The translations under genes were made by a program, and so were the position numbers. Shown piece after piece: positions 19,704 to 30,125 of a DNA stretch of 62,111 bases (positions are counted from its first letter, which is position 1; every line of letters starts with the position of its first letter). The notes under the pieces are model-generated. The model did no database searches, had not been told where the DNA came from, and saw nothing but the letters and a program-made list of their open reading frames with translations. This stretch comes from Myxococcota bacterium (lineage in GTDB: Bacteria > Myxococcota > XYA12-FULL-58-9 > JALHOP01), in the NCBI GenBank assembly GCA_041288095.1, contig JBGGMJ010000090.1, forward strand, positions 1 to 62,111. The letters run 5' to 3'.

Positions 19704-21799
19704 ACCTTCTCCACCGTGGCGCGGCCGAGGATGCCGGTGGGCTTGAAGAGCAACACACCGATGAGCAGCGCGAAGACATAGAGGTCACGCAGGTGCGGCG
19801 AGAGATACGCCGCGCCGAAGAGCTCGACGAAGCCGATGAGCAAGCCACCCAAGACCGCGCCCCGCACGTTGCCGATGCCTCCGACGACGGCGGCGACGAA
19901 AGCCTTGAGGCCCAAGAGCACCCAAGTCGCGTGTGCCGGTTGGTTCAGGCCCGGGTACTTCATGGCGTAGAGCAGTCCAGCCGCGGCCGCCAAAGCGGAG
20001 CCAGTCACGAACGTGAACGAGACGATGCGGTCGACGTTGATGCCCATGAGCGCGGCGCTGCGCATGTCGTAAGACACCGCCCGCATGGCACGGCCGAGCT
20101 TGGTGCCGAAGACGAGGTACTGGAGGGCGACCATGAGCAAGACGGCGAAGGTCACGACCAAGAGGTCGACCAAACGCAGCTGGACGCCGGCAAGCGTCGC
20201 GAGAGTGTGGTCATCGATGAGCGCGGGCATGCGCTTGGGCTGGGTGCCGAATACAGCGGGAAGCTGACCGACGTTCTGGATGAGCAACGACACGCCGATC
20301 GCCGTGATCAAGACGTTCAACCGCGGTGCCCGCCGGAGCGGACGATAGGCGAAGCGTTCGATGACGAACCCCATCGCGCCGCAGACCAGCATGGCGGCGA
20401 TGAGCACCACCAGCACGTTGGCATGTCCCATGGTGGCGGCGAGGGTCAGCGAGATCCAAGCGCCGGTCATGAAGACGTCGCTGTGGGCGAAGTTGATGAA
20501 CGTGAGGATGCCGTAAACCATCGTGTAGCCCAGGGCGATGAGCGCATAGAGGCTACCGACCGCGAGCGCATCGAGCAGCGTCTGCAGAAACCGCGAAAGA
20601 CCCGCGCCCGTGGACGAAGCTTCGCCGGCCCTCGCGGTGGTGGTCGGACGCCACGGATTGTTCGGATCCGGCGGCTGTACGCTACCGGCGTAGACGATCT
20701 CGCCCTTCTGGAGCTTGACGATCACCGCCTGCTTCACCGGATTGCGGTTCGCGTCCATGGTGATGGAGCCGGTGACGCCCTTCACGTCCTTGGTGGTCGC
20801 GATGGCCCGCGCCAGCGCCTTCGGCTCGAGTGACGGGGTCCGCTCGAGCGCATCGATGAGCACGAGCGCGGCGTCGTAGCCCAGCGCCGAGAGCCCATCC
20901 GGGGTGTCGTCGTACTTGGCGCGGAAGGCACGAGCGTACGCCTGGACTTCGGGGCGCTCGTCTTCGTTGGCGTACTGACTGGTGAAGTAGCTACCGTCGA
21001 CGGTGTCGCCACCGATGCGTGCGAGCTCCGGGCTGTCCCAGCCGTCGCCGCCGATGAGCGGCTGCGTGATACCGAGCTTGCGGGCCTGCAGGTGAATGTT
21101 GCCGACGTCCGTGTAGTAACCAGGCACGTAGATGATCTCGGGATTCGCGGCCCTGATGCTGGTGAGCTGCGCCGAGTAGTCCGAGTCGCCGCCGCTGTAT
21201 GCTTCAGCGGTCACGATGGTGCCGCCCATCGCTTCGAAGTCCTTGGCGAAGACGGCGTAGAGCTCCTTCGAATATGGAGTCGCCTGATCGTACAACACCG
21301 CGGCGCGACTCAGCGTCAGGTTGTCGCGCGCGAAACGAGCGGCCGCGTAGCCCTGGAAGGCGTCGATGAAACACGCGCGCGAGACCATGTCACCGACCTC
21401 GGTGACGCCGCTCGCGGTCGACGAGGGTGAGATCATCGGCACGCCGTATTGCTGGGCGACACGCGCTCCGGCGATCGATAGCGACGACGACACTTCGCCG
21501 AGCACCGCCACGACGCGGTCGTTGGTGATGAGCCGCGTCACCGCGGTGCCGACCTCTTGCGACTTGCCCTGATCGTCGTAGACGCGCACCTCGAGCATGC
21601 GCCCGTGCACCCCGCCCGCCGCGTTCTTTTGCTCGATAGCGAGCATGATGCCGCGATGGGTGGTCTGCCCGAAGTGCGCCTCGGAGCCGGTCATCGATCC
21701 GTACTCGCCGATCAGAATCGGCGGTGGTTGGGCTTCCGCGCCGGTCGAAAACAGCGCAAGCAGGGCTATGAGGGACACCACGCGCACGGGCGTTGCCAT
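19700..21799 (-). CDS. livH: Fused LivJ/K-type substrate-binding protein + LivH permease
   Basis: Signal peptide (MATPVRVVSLIALL...AEA), periplasmic binding domain, Pro/Thr linker, then 'GSLYALIALGYTMVYG..FINFAH' LivH domain, all in one frame. Confidence 0.88.
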   Translation of the reverse strand: MATPVRVVSLIALLALFSTGAEAQPPPILIGEYGSMTGSEAHFGQTTHRGIMLAIEQKNAAGGVHGRMLEVRVYDDQGKSQEVGTAVTRLITNDRVVAVLGEVSSSLSIAGARVAQQYGVPMISPSSTASGVTEVGDMVSRACFIDAFQGYAAARFARDNLTLSRAAVLYDQATPYSKELYAVFAKDFEAMGGTIVTAEAYSGGDSDYSAQLTSIRAANPEIIYVPGYYTDVGNIHLQARKLGITQPLIGGDGWDSPELARIGGDTVDGSYFTSQYANEDERPEVQAYARAFRAKYDDTPDGLSALGYDAALVLIDALERTPSLEPKALARAIATTKDVKGVTGSITMDANRNPVKQAVIVKLQKGEIVYAGSVQPPDPNNPWRPTTTARAGEASSTGAGLSRFLQTLLDALAVGSLYALIALGYTMVYGILTFINFAHSDVFMTGAWISLTLAATMGHANVLVVLIAAMLVCGAMGFVIERFAYRPLRRAPRLNVLITAIGVSLLIQNVGQLPAVFGTQPKRMPALIDDHTLATLAGVQLRLVDLLVVTFAVLLMVALQYLVFGTKLGRAMRAVSYDMRSAALMGINVDRIVSFTFVTGSALAAAAGLLYAMKYPGLNQPAHATWVLLGLKAFVAAVVGGIGNVRGAVLGGLLIGFVELFGAAYLSPHLRDLYVFALLIGVLLFKPTGILGRATVEKV

Positions 21800-21802
21800 A
21801 CT

Positions 21803-22783
21803 GTGAAAACGACTCCCCGTCACTGGCAGGTTTTGCTGGCGATCTGCGCCACCATCGCCGCGGGTTGGGTGCTCCTCCGCTGGATCGACCTCACGGCCAC
21901 CCTCGCCTTCCTGCGGCCGGAGAACCTCCCCGGGATCGCCACCGCGAGCATCTTCTTCGCCCTCGTGAACGTGGTCCGCGGCGTGCGCATCGCGCGGCTG
22001 ACGACACGCTACGTGAGGATTCCCGTCGACGTGCGCTCCGGCATCGGCCTTGCGACCGTGACCAATCTCGCCAATCACGTGTTGCCGCTGCGCTTGGGCG
22101 AGCTCGTCTACGTCAGCCTATCGCGCTCCGTCTTCCACGTGCCGTTGGCGCAAGGCGCGGGCGTCTTGCTCGCCATGCGCATCTACGACCTCGTGGGGTT
22201 AATCATGCTGGCGCTCCTGGGCCTCACGCAGGCGCCGGGTCTTGCGTCCACCTTCAGCGTGCCGGCCTTTTCGGCGCTCGCGCTGCTCTTGCTCGCGGTC
22301 GCCGTTCGCCTCGACCTCGTGTTCGCCACCGCGGCGCGCGTTCTCCCGGGCAAGCTCGCGGCGAAGCTCCGTGACGCCTTGCCGTTCACCAGAGAGCCGC
22401 GCTTCGTCGCTACCAGCCTGCTCTACGCGCTGGCCATCTGGAGCGTGCAAGCGACGGCCTTCGCTGTCTTGCTGCGCGCCTTCGGCATCGACGTCGGCAC
22501 AGGCCCCATGGTGGTCGCAACCAGCATCGCCAATCTCGCCGCGGTGCTGCCGCTCTCGGCGCTGGGGACCTTCGGCGCGCAAGAAGCAGGATGGACCGCG
22601 GGCTTCGTCGCCATGGGCGTGTCCGCGACAGCGGCCGCGAACAGCGGGCTCGCGGCGCATCTCGTGATGGTCGCGCTGAACGTGCTGATGTCGCTCGCCT
22701 TCGTGCCGAGGCTGCTCAGTAGAAGCGGCGCAGCAAAGAGTCGCGAGCCCGCGGCGCCTCTTCCGAAACACCCCAGGCCGTGA
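21803..22783 (+). CDS. Lysylphosphatidylglycerol synthase TM-region / putative flippase (UPF0104)
   Basis: 'NHVLPLRLGEL', 'MRIYD', 'LPLSALGTFGAQE'; multiple TM segments; GTG start inferred. Confidence 0.8.
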   Translation: MKTTPRHWQVLLAICATIAAGWVLLRWIDLTATLAFLRPENLPGIATASIFFALVNVVRGVRIARLTTRYVRIPVDVRSGIGLATVTNLANHVLPLRLGELVYVSLSRSVFHVPLAQGAGVLLAMRIYDLVGLIMLALLGLTQAPGLASTFSVPAFSALALLLLAVAVRLDLVFATAARVLPGKLAAKLRDALPFTREPRFVATSLLYALAIWSVQATAFAVLLRAFGIDVGTGPMVVATSIANLAAVLPLSALGTFGAQEAGWTAGFVAMGVSATAAANSGLAAHLVMVALNVLMSLAFVPRLLSRSGAAKSREPAAPLPKHPRP

Positions 22784-23303
22784 GCGCGCCGACGACGAAG
22801 CCACCAACCGGCGAGGAGAAAGTCGAAGCCACGGCGCCCGTGAACACACCGGCGACGAGGGCGGACGTGCTCGCCGTGAGGTGGAACGCTGCGGACGTCG
22901 CACCGGTGACGAGCGCTTCGCGGGTCGTCTTGCCGTCCTCGAGCGCCTGACGGGCGTCCCGATAACCTTGGTAGACACCGAGCGCGGTGGCGACGAGCGG
23001 TGTCACCCGCAAACCCTTGCTCAAGAACTCGGCGCCGCGACCATCGCGCGGGACCGCCAAGGCACCGAGCGGACCGGTGAAGTCGGCCGGACCACGCTGC
23101 CGCGGACCGCGCTGCGCCGCCAGCGCTTGATTGCCCGCGTTCTCGACCGCGGCGAACTGGTCCTTCGCCTCGCTGATGGCGACGTAGCCGTTGCCGTCGC
23201 GATCGAGGGCGCGGAGATTCTCCGGCAGGACATCGGCGCGGACCTCGGTGACACGGCCCCAGCGCTCTCGGGTGATCGGATTCACGGCAGGCGGGTTACT
23301 CAT
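22716..23303 (-). CDS. Hypothetical protein: single EF-hand plus Gly-rich hydrophobic C-terminal helices
   Basis: 'DRDGNGYVAISE' canonical EF-hand loop; RBS AAGGAG upstream. Confidence 0.7.
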   Translation of the reverse strand: MSNPPAVNPITRERWGRVTEVRADVLPENLRALDRDGNGYVAISEAKDQFAAVENAGNQALAAQRGPRQRGPADFTGPLGALAVPRDGRGAEFLSKGLRVTPLVATALGVYQGYRDARQALEDGKTTREALVTGATSAAFHLTASTSALVAGVFTGAVASTFSSPVGGFVVGALTAWGVSEEAPRARDSLLRRFY

Positions 23304-23319
23304 GCGGCGGCTCCTTGTG

Positions 23320-23350
23320 TGGAACTACGCCGCCCCGTCGAAGTGGTCAC
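23320..23350 (-). promoter_or_regulatory. Possible third copy of the ECF-type promoter
   Basis: Minus strand GTGACCAC-N17-GTTCCA immediately before the RBS of 22716..23303. Confidence 0.4.
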
Positions 23351-23370
23351 AGGACTCCGAGTCAAACCGC

Positions 23371-23380
23371 GGGGGGGGGG
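23371..23380 (+). repeat. G10 homopolymer tract in a divergent intergenic region
   Basis: Ten consecutive G. Confidence 0.9.
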
Positions 23381-23426
23381 TGACTTGCCAACGCGAAAGG
23401 CCGGCGAGTAGAACTCCGGCCATCCC

Positions 23427-24378
23427 ATGACTCTCCTGGTCACCGGCGCCGCGGGTTTCATCGGCTCGCACCTCGCGGAGCGGTTGCTCGCGACGACGGA
23501 CCAGCACGTCGTGGGCGTGGACAACTTCGACCCGTTTTATGCGCGCGCCGTCAAAGAGCGGAACTTGCGCGAGCTCGTGAAGCACCCGCGCTTCACCTTC
23601 ACCGAGCTCGATCTGCGCGACAGAGCCCGGACCACCGCGGTGTACGCCCAACATGCGCCCGAAGCAGTATTTCACTGGGCGGCGCGCGCCGGTGTCCGGC
23701 CGTCCATCGAGGACCCGGCGGGCTACGTCGACTCCAACGTCGTGGTCACCACCACCCTGCTCCAGCTCGCCGCCGCGCACGCCACCAAACGCTTCGTCTT
23801 CGCGAGCTCGTCTTCGGTCTACGGCAACAACGCCAAGGTGCCCTTCGGCGAAAGCGACGCGACCGACGCGCCCATCTCGCCGTACGCCGCGACCAAGAAG
23901 GCCTGCGAGCTGCTCTGCCACACCTTCCACGACCTCGTCGGCTTGTCGACGGCTTGCCTGCGCCTGTTCACGGTCTATGGTCCGCGACAGCGGCCGGACC
24001 TCGCAATCCACAAGTTCGCGCGCGCCATCCTCGAGGACCGGCCCGTCACCCTCTACGGCGACGGTGGAACCTCGCGCGACTACACCTTCATCGCGGACAT
24101 CGTCGACGGCATCATGGCCGCCGATGCGCACCTTGCGCGGAGCCCTCGCCCAATCCACGACGTATTCAACCTCGGCAACTCGAGTCCGGTGCAGCTAGCC
24201 GAGCTCGTGTCGCTCCTCGAAGAAGCCATCGGGCGTCGGGCGCGTATCGAACGCGCGCCCATGCAGCCCGGCGACGTCCTCAGAACCTACGCGGACATCA
24301 CCCATGCTAGAGACACCTTCGGCTACGACCCCAAAACAGACCTCCGCGCCGGCATCGGTCACTTCGTCCGCTGGCTCC

Positions 24379-24389
<11 letters not shown>
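23427..24389 (+). CDS. NAD-dependent epimerase (UDP-glucuronate 4-epimerase-like)
   Basis: TGAAGFIG, AARAGVRPS, SSSSVYG, YAATK, FTVYGPRQRPD, MQPGDV. Confidence 0.92.
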
Positions 24390-25443
<1,054 letters not shown>

Positions 25444-25490
25444 CGCTTTCCGTGATTGGCACCCGAGCGTGCCTCGAGTAGGGTTCAGCG

Positions 25491-26957
25491 GTGACCACCC
25501 CCATCGCGGCGGTAGGTAGTCAGCTCAGCGCCCTGTCGAGCCTCATCGTCGAGGCGGTGCCGAATGCTATCTTGATGGTCGACCGCGACCGGCGCATCGT
25601 CCTGGTCAACCGCGAGGCGGAAAAGCTCTTTGGTTACTCGCGCGACGAGCTGATGGGCGAGCGCATCGAGGCTCTCGTGCCCGAGCGCTATCGCGCCAAG
25701 CACGGAGACCACGTGGCGGGCTTCTTCGGCGACCCACGCACCCGCGCGATGGGAGCCGGCCGCGACCTGTTCGGACGCCGCAAGGACGGCACCGAGGTGC
25801 CCATCGAGATTGGCTTGAACCCGCTAGCGACCGAGGAGGGCTTGTTCACGCTCGCTTCGATCATCGACCTCACCGAGCGCAAGCGCGCGGACGAGCGCTT
25901 CCGGCTCCTGGTCGAAGCAGCGCCCAACGCGATGTTGATGGTGGACCGCAATCGCCGCATCACCCTCGTCAACCGGAGGATGGAAGAGCTCTTCGGCTAC
26001 ACCCGCACCGAGCTCATCGATCAACCCATCGAGATCCTCGTGCCGGACCGCTTCCGCGCACACCATCCCGGCTTCGTCGAGAGCTTCTTCGTCGCCCCCA
26101 AGGCACGCTCCATGGCGGCGGGCCGCGAGCTCTTCGGACGGCGTGCCGATGGCAGCGAGGTGCCGATCGAAATCGGCCTCAATCCCATCGAAACACCCGA
26201 AGGGGTCTTCACCCTCGCTTCGATCATCGACATCAGCGAGCGCAAGCGCCGTGACGCGGAGCTCCAGCGCAGCAACGCCGAGCTCGAGCAGTTCGCCTAC
26301 GTGGCTTCACACGACTTGCAGGAGCCGCTGCGCATGGTAGCCAACTACACAGAGCTGCTTGCGGAACGCTATCGCGGAAAGCTCGACGAGCGCGCCGACA
26401 AATACATTCACTATGCATCCGACGGCGCACGCCGCATGCAGCGTTTGGTGAGCGATTTGCTCGCCTATTCGCGGGTCGGCTCGCAAGGCAAGCCGCTGGT
26501 GCGAGTCTCGTCCGGCGCGACCCTCAAGAACGTTCTCGATTCACTCCAGAGCCTCATCCGCGAAAGCGGAGCACGCATCACCAGCTCGGAGCTGCCGGCG
26601 GTGCTCGCCGACGAAGTACAGCTCGCGCAGCTCTTCCAGAACCTCATCGGCAACGCCATCAAGTTTCGCGCCGAGGCCGCGCCGCACGTCACCATCAATG
26701 CCGTTCAGCAGGACCGCGTCTACCTCTTCAGCGTCGCCGACAACGGCATTGGGATGGAAATGCAATACGCCGAGCGCATCTTCCAGATGTTCCAGCGCCT
26801 GCACGAGCCCGGCAAATACCCGGGCAGCGGTATAGGCCTGTCGATCGCCAAGCGCATCGTCGAACGCCATGGCGGCCGCATCTGGGTGGAATCGAAGCCC
26901 GGCGTCGGCACGACCTTCTTCTTCACGCTGCCGGCGGCGACGCGAGCCGTGTCATGA
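25491..26957 (+). CDS. PAS-PAS sensor histidine kinase
   Basis: Two near-duplicate PAS domains; 'SHDLQEPLR'; 'NLIGNAIKF'; 'GSGIGL'. Confidence 0.95.
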   Translation: MTTPIAAVGSQLSALSSLIVEAVPNAILMVDRDRRIVLVNREAEKLFGYSRDELMGERIEALVPERYRAKHGDHVAGFFGDPRTRAMGAGRDLFGRRKDGTEVPIEIGLNPLATEEGLFTLASIIDLTERKRADERFRLLVEAAPNAMLMVDRNRRITLVNRRMEELFGYTRTELIDQPIEILVPDRFRAHHPGFVESFFVAPKARSMAAGRELFGRRADGSEVPIEIGLNPIETPEGVFTLASIIDISERKRRDAELQRSNAELEQFAYVASHDLQEPLRMVANYTELLAERYRGKLDERADKYIHYASDGARRMQRLVSDLLAYSRVGSQGKPLVRVSSGATLKNVLDSLQSLIRESGARITSSELPAVLADEVQLAQLFQNLIGNAIKFRAEAAPHVTINAVQQDRVYLFSVADNGIGMEMQYAERIFQMFQRLHEPGKYPGSGIGLSIAKRIVERHGGRIWVESKPGVGTTFFFTLPAATRAVS

Positions 26958-27379
26958 CCCGCCCCTTGCGCATCCTCATGGTCGAAGACAATGCCGGCGA
27001 TGCCGAGTTCGCGCGCGAGGCTCTCGAAGGGGCGGTGCCGACGGTAGCCATCGATGCGGTCACCGATGGCGCGCAGGCGATCGCCTATTTGAAGCGCCTG
27101 CCGCCCTTCGAAAACGCGGACTTACCGGACGTGGTCTTGCTCGATCTCAATTTACCGAAGGTCGACGGCCGGGAAGTGCTCGCCGAGGTTAAACGGGACG
27201 AACGTTTGCGCCGTATCCCCATCGTCGTTCTCACCTCATCGGATTCGGAGCAGGATGTGCGGAAGAGCTACGAGCTCGGCGCCAATTGTTACGTCACCAA
27301 GCCGGTGGGCCTCGCGGAGTCCGTCGAGGCGCTCACCACCATCGCGCGCTTCTGGCTGTCGATGGTGAAGCTGCCATGA
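26954..27379 (+). CDS. Single-domain response regulator (Rcp1-like)
   Basis: 'VEDN', 'LLDLNLPKVDG', 'SYELGANCYVTKP'. Confidence 0.93.
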   Translation: MTRPLRILMVEDNAGDAEFAREALEGAVPTVAIDAVTDGAQAIAYLKRLPPFENADLPDVVLLDLNLPKVDGREVLAEVKRDERLRRIPIVVLTSSDSEQDVRKSYELGANCYVTKPVGLAESVEALTTIARFWLSMVKLP

Positions 27380-28824
27380 GCGCGGTCGCGGTGCGTTCGG
27401 GATCTTCGAGGATCCTGCTGGTCGAGGACAACCCAGGTGACGCGGACCTGACGAGCGAGCGCATCGCCGACGTCGCCGTCGCTCCGTACGAGCTGCGCCT
27501 CGCGACGTCCCTCAGCGACGCCGTGCACACGCTGTCCGCTTTCACGGCCGACGCCATCATCCTCGACCTGAACCTGCCGGACTCGGTGGGCCTCGAGACG
27601 CTTGCCCGCATCAAGCGCTCCGCCGGGAGCGCGGCCATCATCGTCGTCTCCGGCTTCATCGACGAAGAGTTGCGCTCGCGCGCGCTCGAGGACGGGGCCG
27701 AAGAGGTCTTCTCCAAGGACGACGCCGGCAGTCGCCTCTTCGCGCGCAGCGTTCTTTACGTGATCGAGCGCAACATCGAGCGCAACAGCGCCCGCGAACA
27801 GCACCGCGAGCTGGAGCGCCTCCTCGACAGCAATCCAGACGCCATCCTGGTCGTGAATCCAGATGCCGGCGTCCTCTACGTCAACCGCGCCGCGGTGGCG
27901 TTGTTCGGCAAAGGCCGAGGAGAGCTCCTGGGGACCAGCCTACCCTTCGCGTTGGATGGCGACGGCACGGTCGAGGTAAGCGTCCGGCGTCCCGACGGTG
28001 AGCGCCTATGTGAGCTGCGCGCGGTCGCCACGACCTGGCAGCGTGAGCCCGCGACGCTCGCCGCCATCCGCGACATCAGCGAGCGCAAGAACACGGAAGC
28101 GATGCGCGAGGCGGTCCGCCTCAAGGCCGAGTTTCTCGCCAACATGTCCCACGAGCTGCGCACGCCGCTCAACGCGATCATCGGCTTCTCGGAGCTGCTC
28201 GCCGAGCCCGCGGTCAACGCCGACGCCGAGAAGCGCACCACCTATATCGGCCATGTCCTCACTAGCGCACGGCACCTCGTGCGGCTCATCAACGACGTGC
28301 TCGACCTCGCCAAGGTCGACGCCGGCAAGCTGGTGTTCATCGCGGAGCAGACACGGCTCGATATGATCATGCGCGAGGTCGCCGACAGTCTCGGGAGTCT
28401 CGCGGCGCAAGCCGGTGCCGAGATCGTCGTTACCGCCGACGACACCGCCAACGACGTCTATCTCGACCCGGTACGCCTCAAGCAGGTCCTCTACAACTAT
28501 CTCTCGAACGCCCTGAAGGTCGCGCCGAAGGGCACGCGCGTCGTGGTCCGCTCGCTGCCTGACCGCGATGGTCGCGTCCGCATCGAGGTCGAAGACGCTG
28601 GAGCCGGAATTCCACCCGACCAGCTCCCGCGTCTGTTCGCCGAATTCCAGCAGCTCACCACCGGCTCAACGACGGCACACCAAGGCACGGGGCTCGGCCT
28701 CTCCCTCACCAAGCGCATCGTCGAGGCCCAGGGCGGCACCGTCGGGGTCGCGAGCGTCGTCGGCAAGGGCAGCACGTTCTTCGCGGTGTTGCCGCGACGC
28801 GCTACGTCCGCCGCGCCAAATTGA
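27376..28824 (+). CDS. REC-PAS-histidine kinase hybrid
   Basis: N-terminal REC, PAS, 'SHELRTPLN', 'GTGLGL'; start at MSAVAV. Confidence 0.92.
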   Translation: MSAVAVRSGSSRILLVEDNPGDADLTSERIADVAVAPYELRLATSLSDAVHTLSAFTADAIILDLNLPDSVGLETLARIKRSAGSAAIIVVSGFIDEELRSRALEDGAEEVFSKDDAGSRLFARSVLYVIERNIERNSAREQHRELERLLDSNPDAILVVNPDAGVLYVNRAAVALFGKGRGELLGTSLPFALDGDGTVEVSVRRPDGERLCELRAVATTWQREPATLAAIRDISERKNTEAMREAVRLKAEFLANMSHELRTPLNAIIGFSELLAEPAVNADAEKRTTYIGHVLTSARHLVRLINDVLDLAKVDAGKLVFIAEQTRLDMIMREVADSLGSLAAQAGAEIVVTADDTANDVYLDPVRLKQVLYNYLSNALKVAPKGTRVVVRSLPDRDGRVRIEVEDAGAGIPPDQLPRLFAEFQQLTTGSTTAHQGTGLGLSLTKRIVEAQGGTVGVASVVGKGSTFFAVLPRRATSAAPN

Positions 28825-29116
28825 AGCCGCCGTTGCGGGCAGCCGCGACGAACGATGGATCGTTGCGCGGGTCGCTAGCGAGCTGGCGCGCGTTGACCTG
28901 AACAAGGGTGCGCGCGGACTTACCCCGGGCGCGAGCCAAGGCCATCTCGGCGCTTCGCAAAGCCGCTGCCCCGGTCGAAGCGGGGGTCCTGCCTAGGGTC
29001 AGCTGCGCTCCGTCGCGCATCGCCGCCCAAGCCTGGTGCTCGTTCGAAGCGTCAACGGAATCGCGGTGGTTCACGCGATTGCTGTCGAGCTCTAAACGAA
29101 CGTCCTTGAGGCTCAC
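28802..29116 (-). CDS. Small hypothetical protein
   Basis: 104-aa ORF with GTG start, purine-rich RBS-like stretch and upstream GCCGATAA. Confidence 0.5.
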   Translation of the reverse strand: MSLKDVRLELDSNRVNHRDSVDASNEHQAWAAMRDGAQLTLGRTPASTGAAALRSAEMALARARGKSARTLVQVNARQLASDPRNDPSFVAAARNGGFNLARRT

Positions 29117-29141
29117 GGCGCACCTATCCCTTAGGCCCGCA

Positions 29142-29166
29142 TTATCGGCAGGCTAACTCGGCTTGT
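29142..29166 (-). promoter_or_regulatory. Sigma28-like promoter
   Basis: Minus strand ACAAG-N12-GCCGATAA upstream of 28802..29116; perfect -10, but spacing shorter than in the other copies. Confidence 0.45.
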
Positions 29167-29176
29167 CCCGTGATCG

Positions 29177-30049
29177 TCAGGCAGCGCGGCGGCGCCGTGA
29201 CGAAATGACCTTGGCCCGGCGGCGCGCCACCTTGGCGTTGCCGAGTCGCCGCAGGAGACTGGGCAGCAGGGCCTCGAACTCGAGCAGCATCTCGCTCGCA
29301 TCCCGATAGCGCATGGCGTGATTGGGATTGGTGGCGGTGCGCACCATGTCGGCGAACGCGGGGCTGGTCTTGGCGCGCAGCGCCGAGACGTTGTCGAACG
29401 GCCAGAGGAACGGCCAACGCGGCAGCACGCCGGTGATCATCTGATGGATCATGAGCCCCAGCGAGAAGATGTCGGAGGCAAAGCAGGGATAGCCGTGGGC
29501 CTGCTCCGGCGCGCAATAGAGCAAGGTGCCGGAGCCGGTCGCCGAGATCATCGTGTGCTTGGCGACCTTGGCGAGGCCGAAGTCAGCGATCTTGATGATG
29601 CCGTCATCGAAGATCATCAGGTTCGACGGCTTCAAATCGCGGTGGATGATGCGGCGCTCGTGCGCGTGCGCGAGCCCGCGCAGCACCTGGTGGATGTAGC
29701 CGAGAGCAAGTCGCGTACCGAGGCGGCGAGTCAAGCGGTCATCGAGCGACTCACGCGCGAGCTCGATCGCTATAACGTACCGGTCGCCGATACGATCGGC
29801 GTTACGTGGCCGCAAGATCGCGTCGTGGTCGAGCGTCGCGCTCAAGCGGATCTCACGCAGGAGCTCGTCTTCTTCTTCGCTCCCGGCTTTCACCTTCGCG
29901 GGGAGCTTGAGCGCCACCCAGCGATCCTCGATGAGGTCCTTGGCCTTCCAGACCTGGCTGAAGCCGCCCGTGCCGATCTTGCTGGCGAGGCGGTACTTGC
30001 CGAAGGTCGTGCCTCGCGTGAGGCGCGTTGGAACGGGCTTGGCTGGCAT
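29177..30049 (-). CDS. Hanks-type Ser/Thr protein kinase (cytoplasmic, kinase domain only)
   Basis: GTGGFSQV, VALK, HRDLKPSN, DFG, APE. Confidence 0.93.
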   Translation of the reverse strand: MPAKPVPTRLTRGTTFGKYRLASKIGTGGFSQVWKAKDLIEDRWVALKLPAKVKAGSEEEDELLREIRLSATLDHDAILRPRNADRIGDRYVIAIELARESLDDRLTRRLGTRLALGYIHQVLRGLAHAHERRIIHRDLKPSNLMIFDDGIIKIADFGLAKVAKHTMISATGSGTLLYCAPEQAHGYPCFASDIFSLGLMIHQMITGVLPRWPFLWPFDNVSALRAKTSPAFADMVRTATNPNHAMRYRDASEMLLEFEALLPSLLRRLGNAKVARRRAKVISSRRRRAA

Positions 30050-30125
30050 GGGGCGGCGACCATAGCGGGCTGTGCACGTACTTGTCATTGGCCGATCGCA
30101 TGCGTCTTGATACAAGCTGCTGCCG

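Noticed and set aside
25540..26250. Internal DNA duplication of about 360 bp
   Set aside because: Two tandem PAS domains in an ordinary sensor kinase
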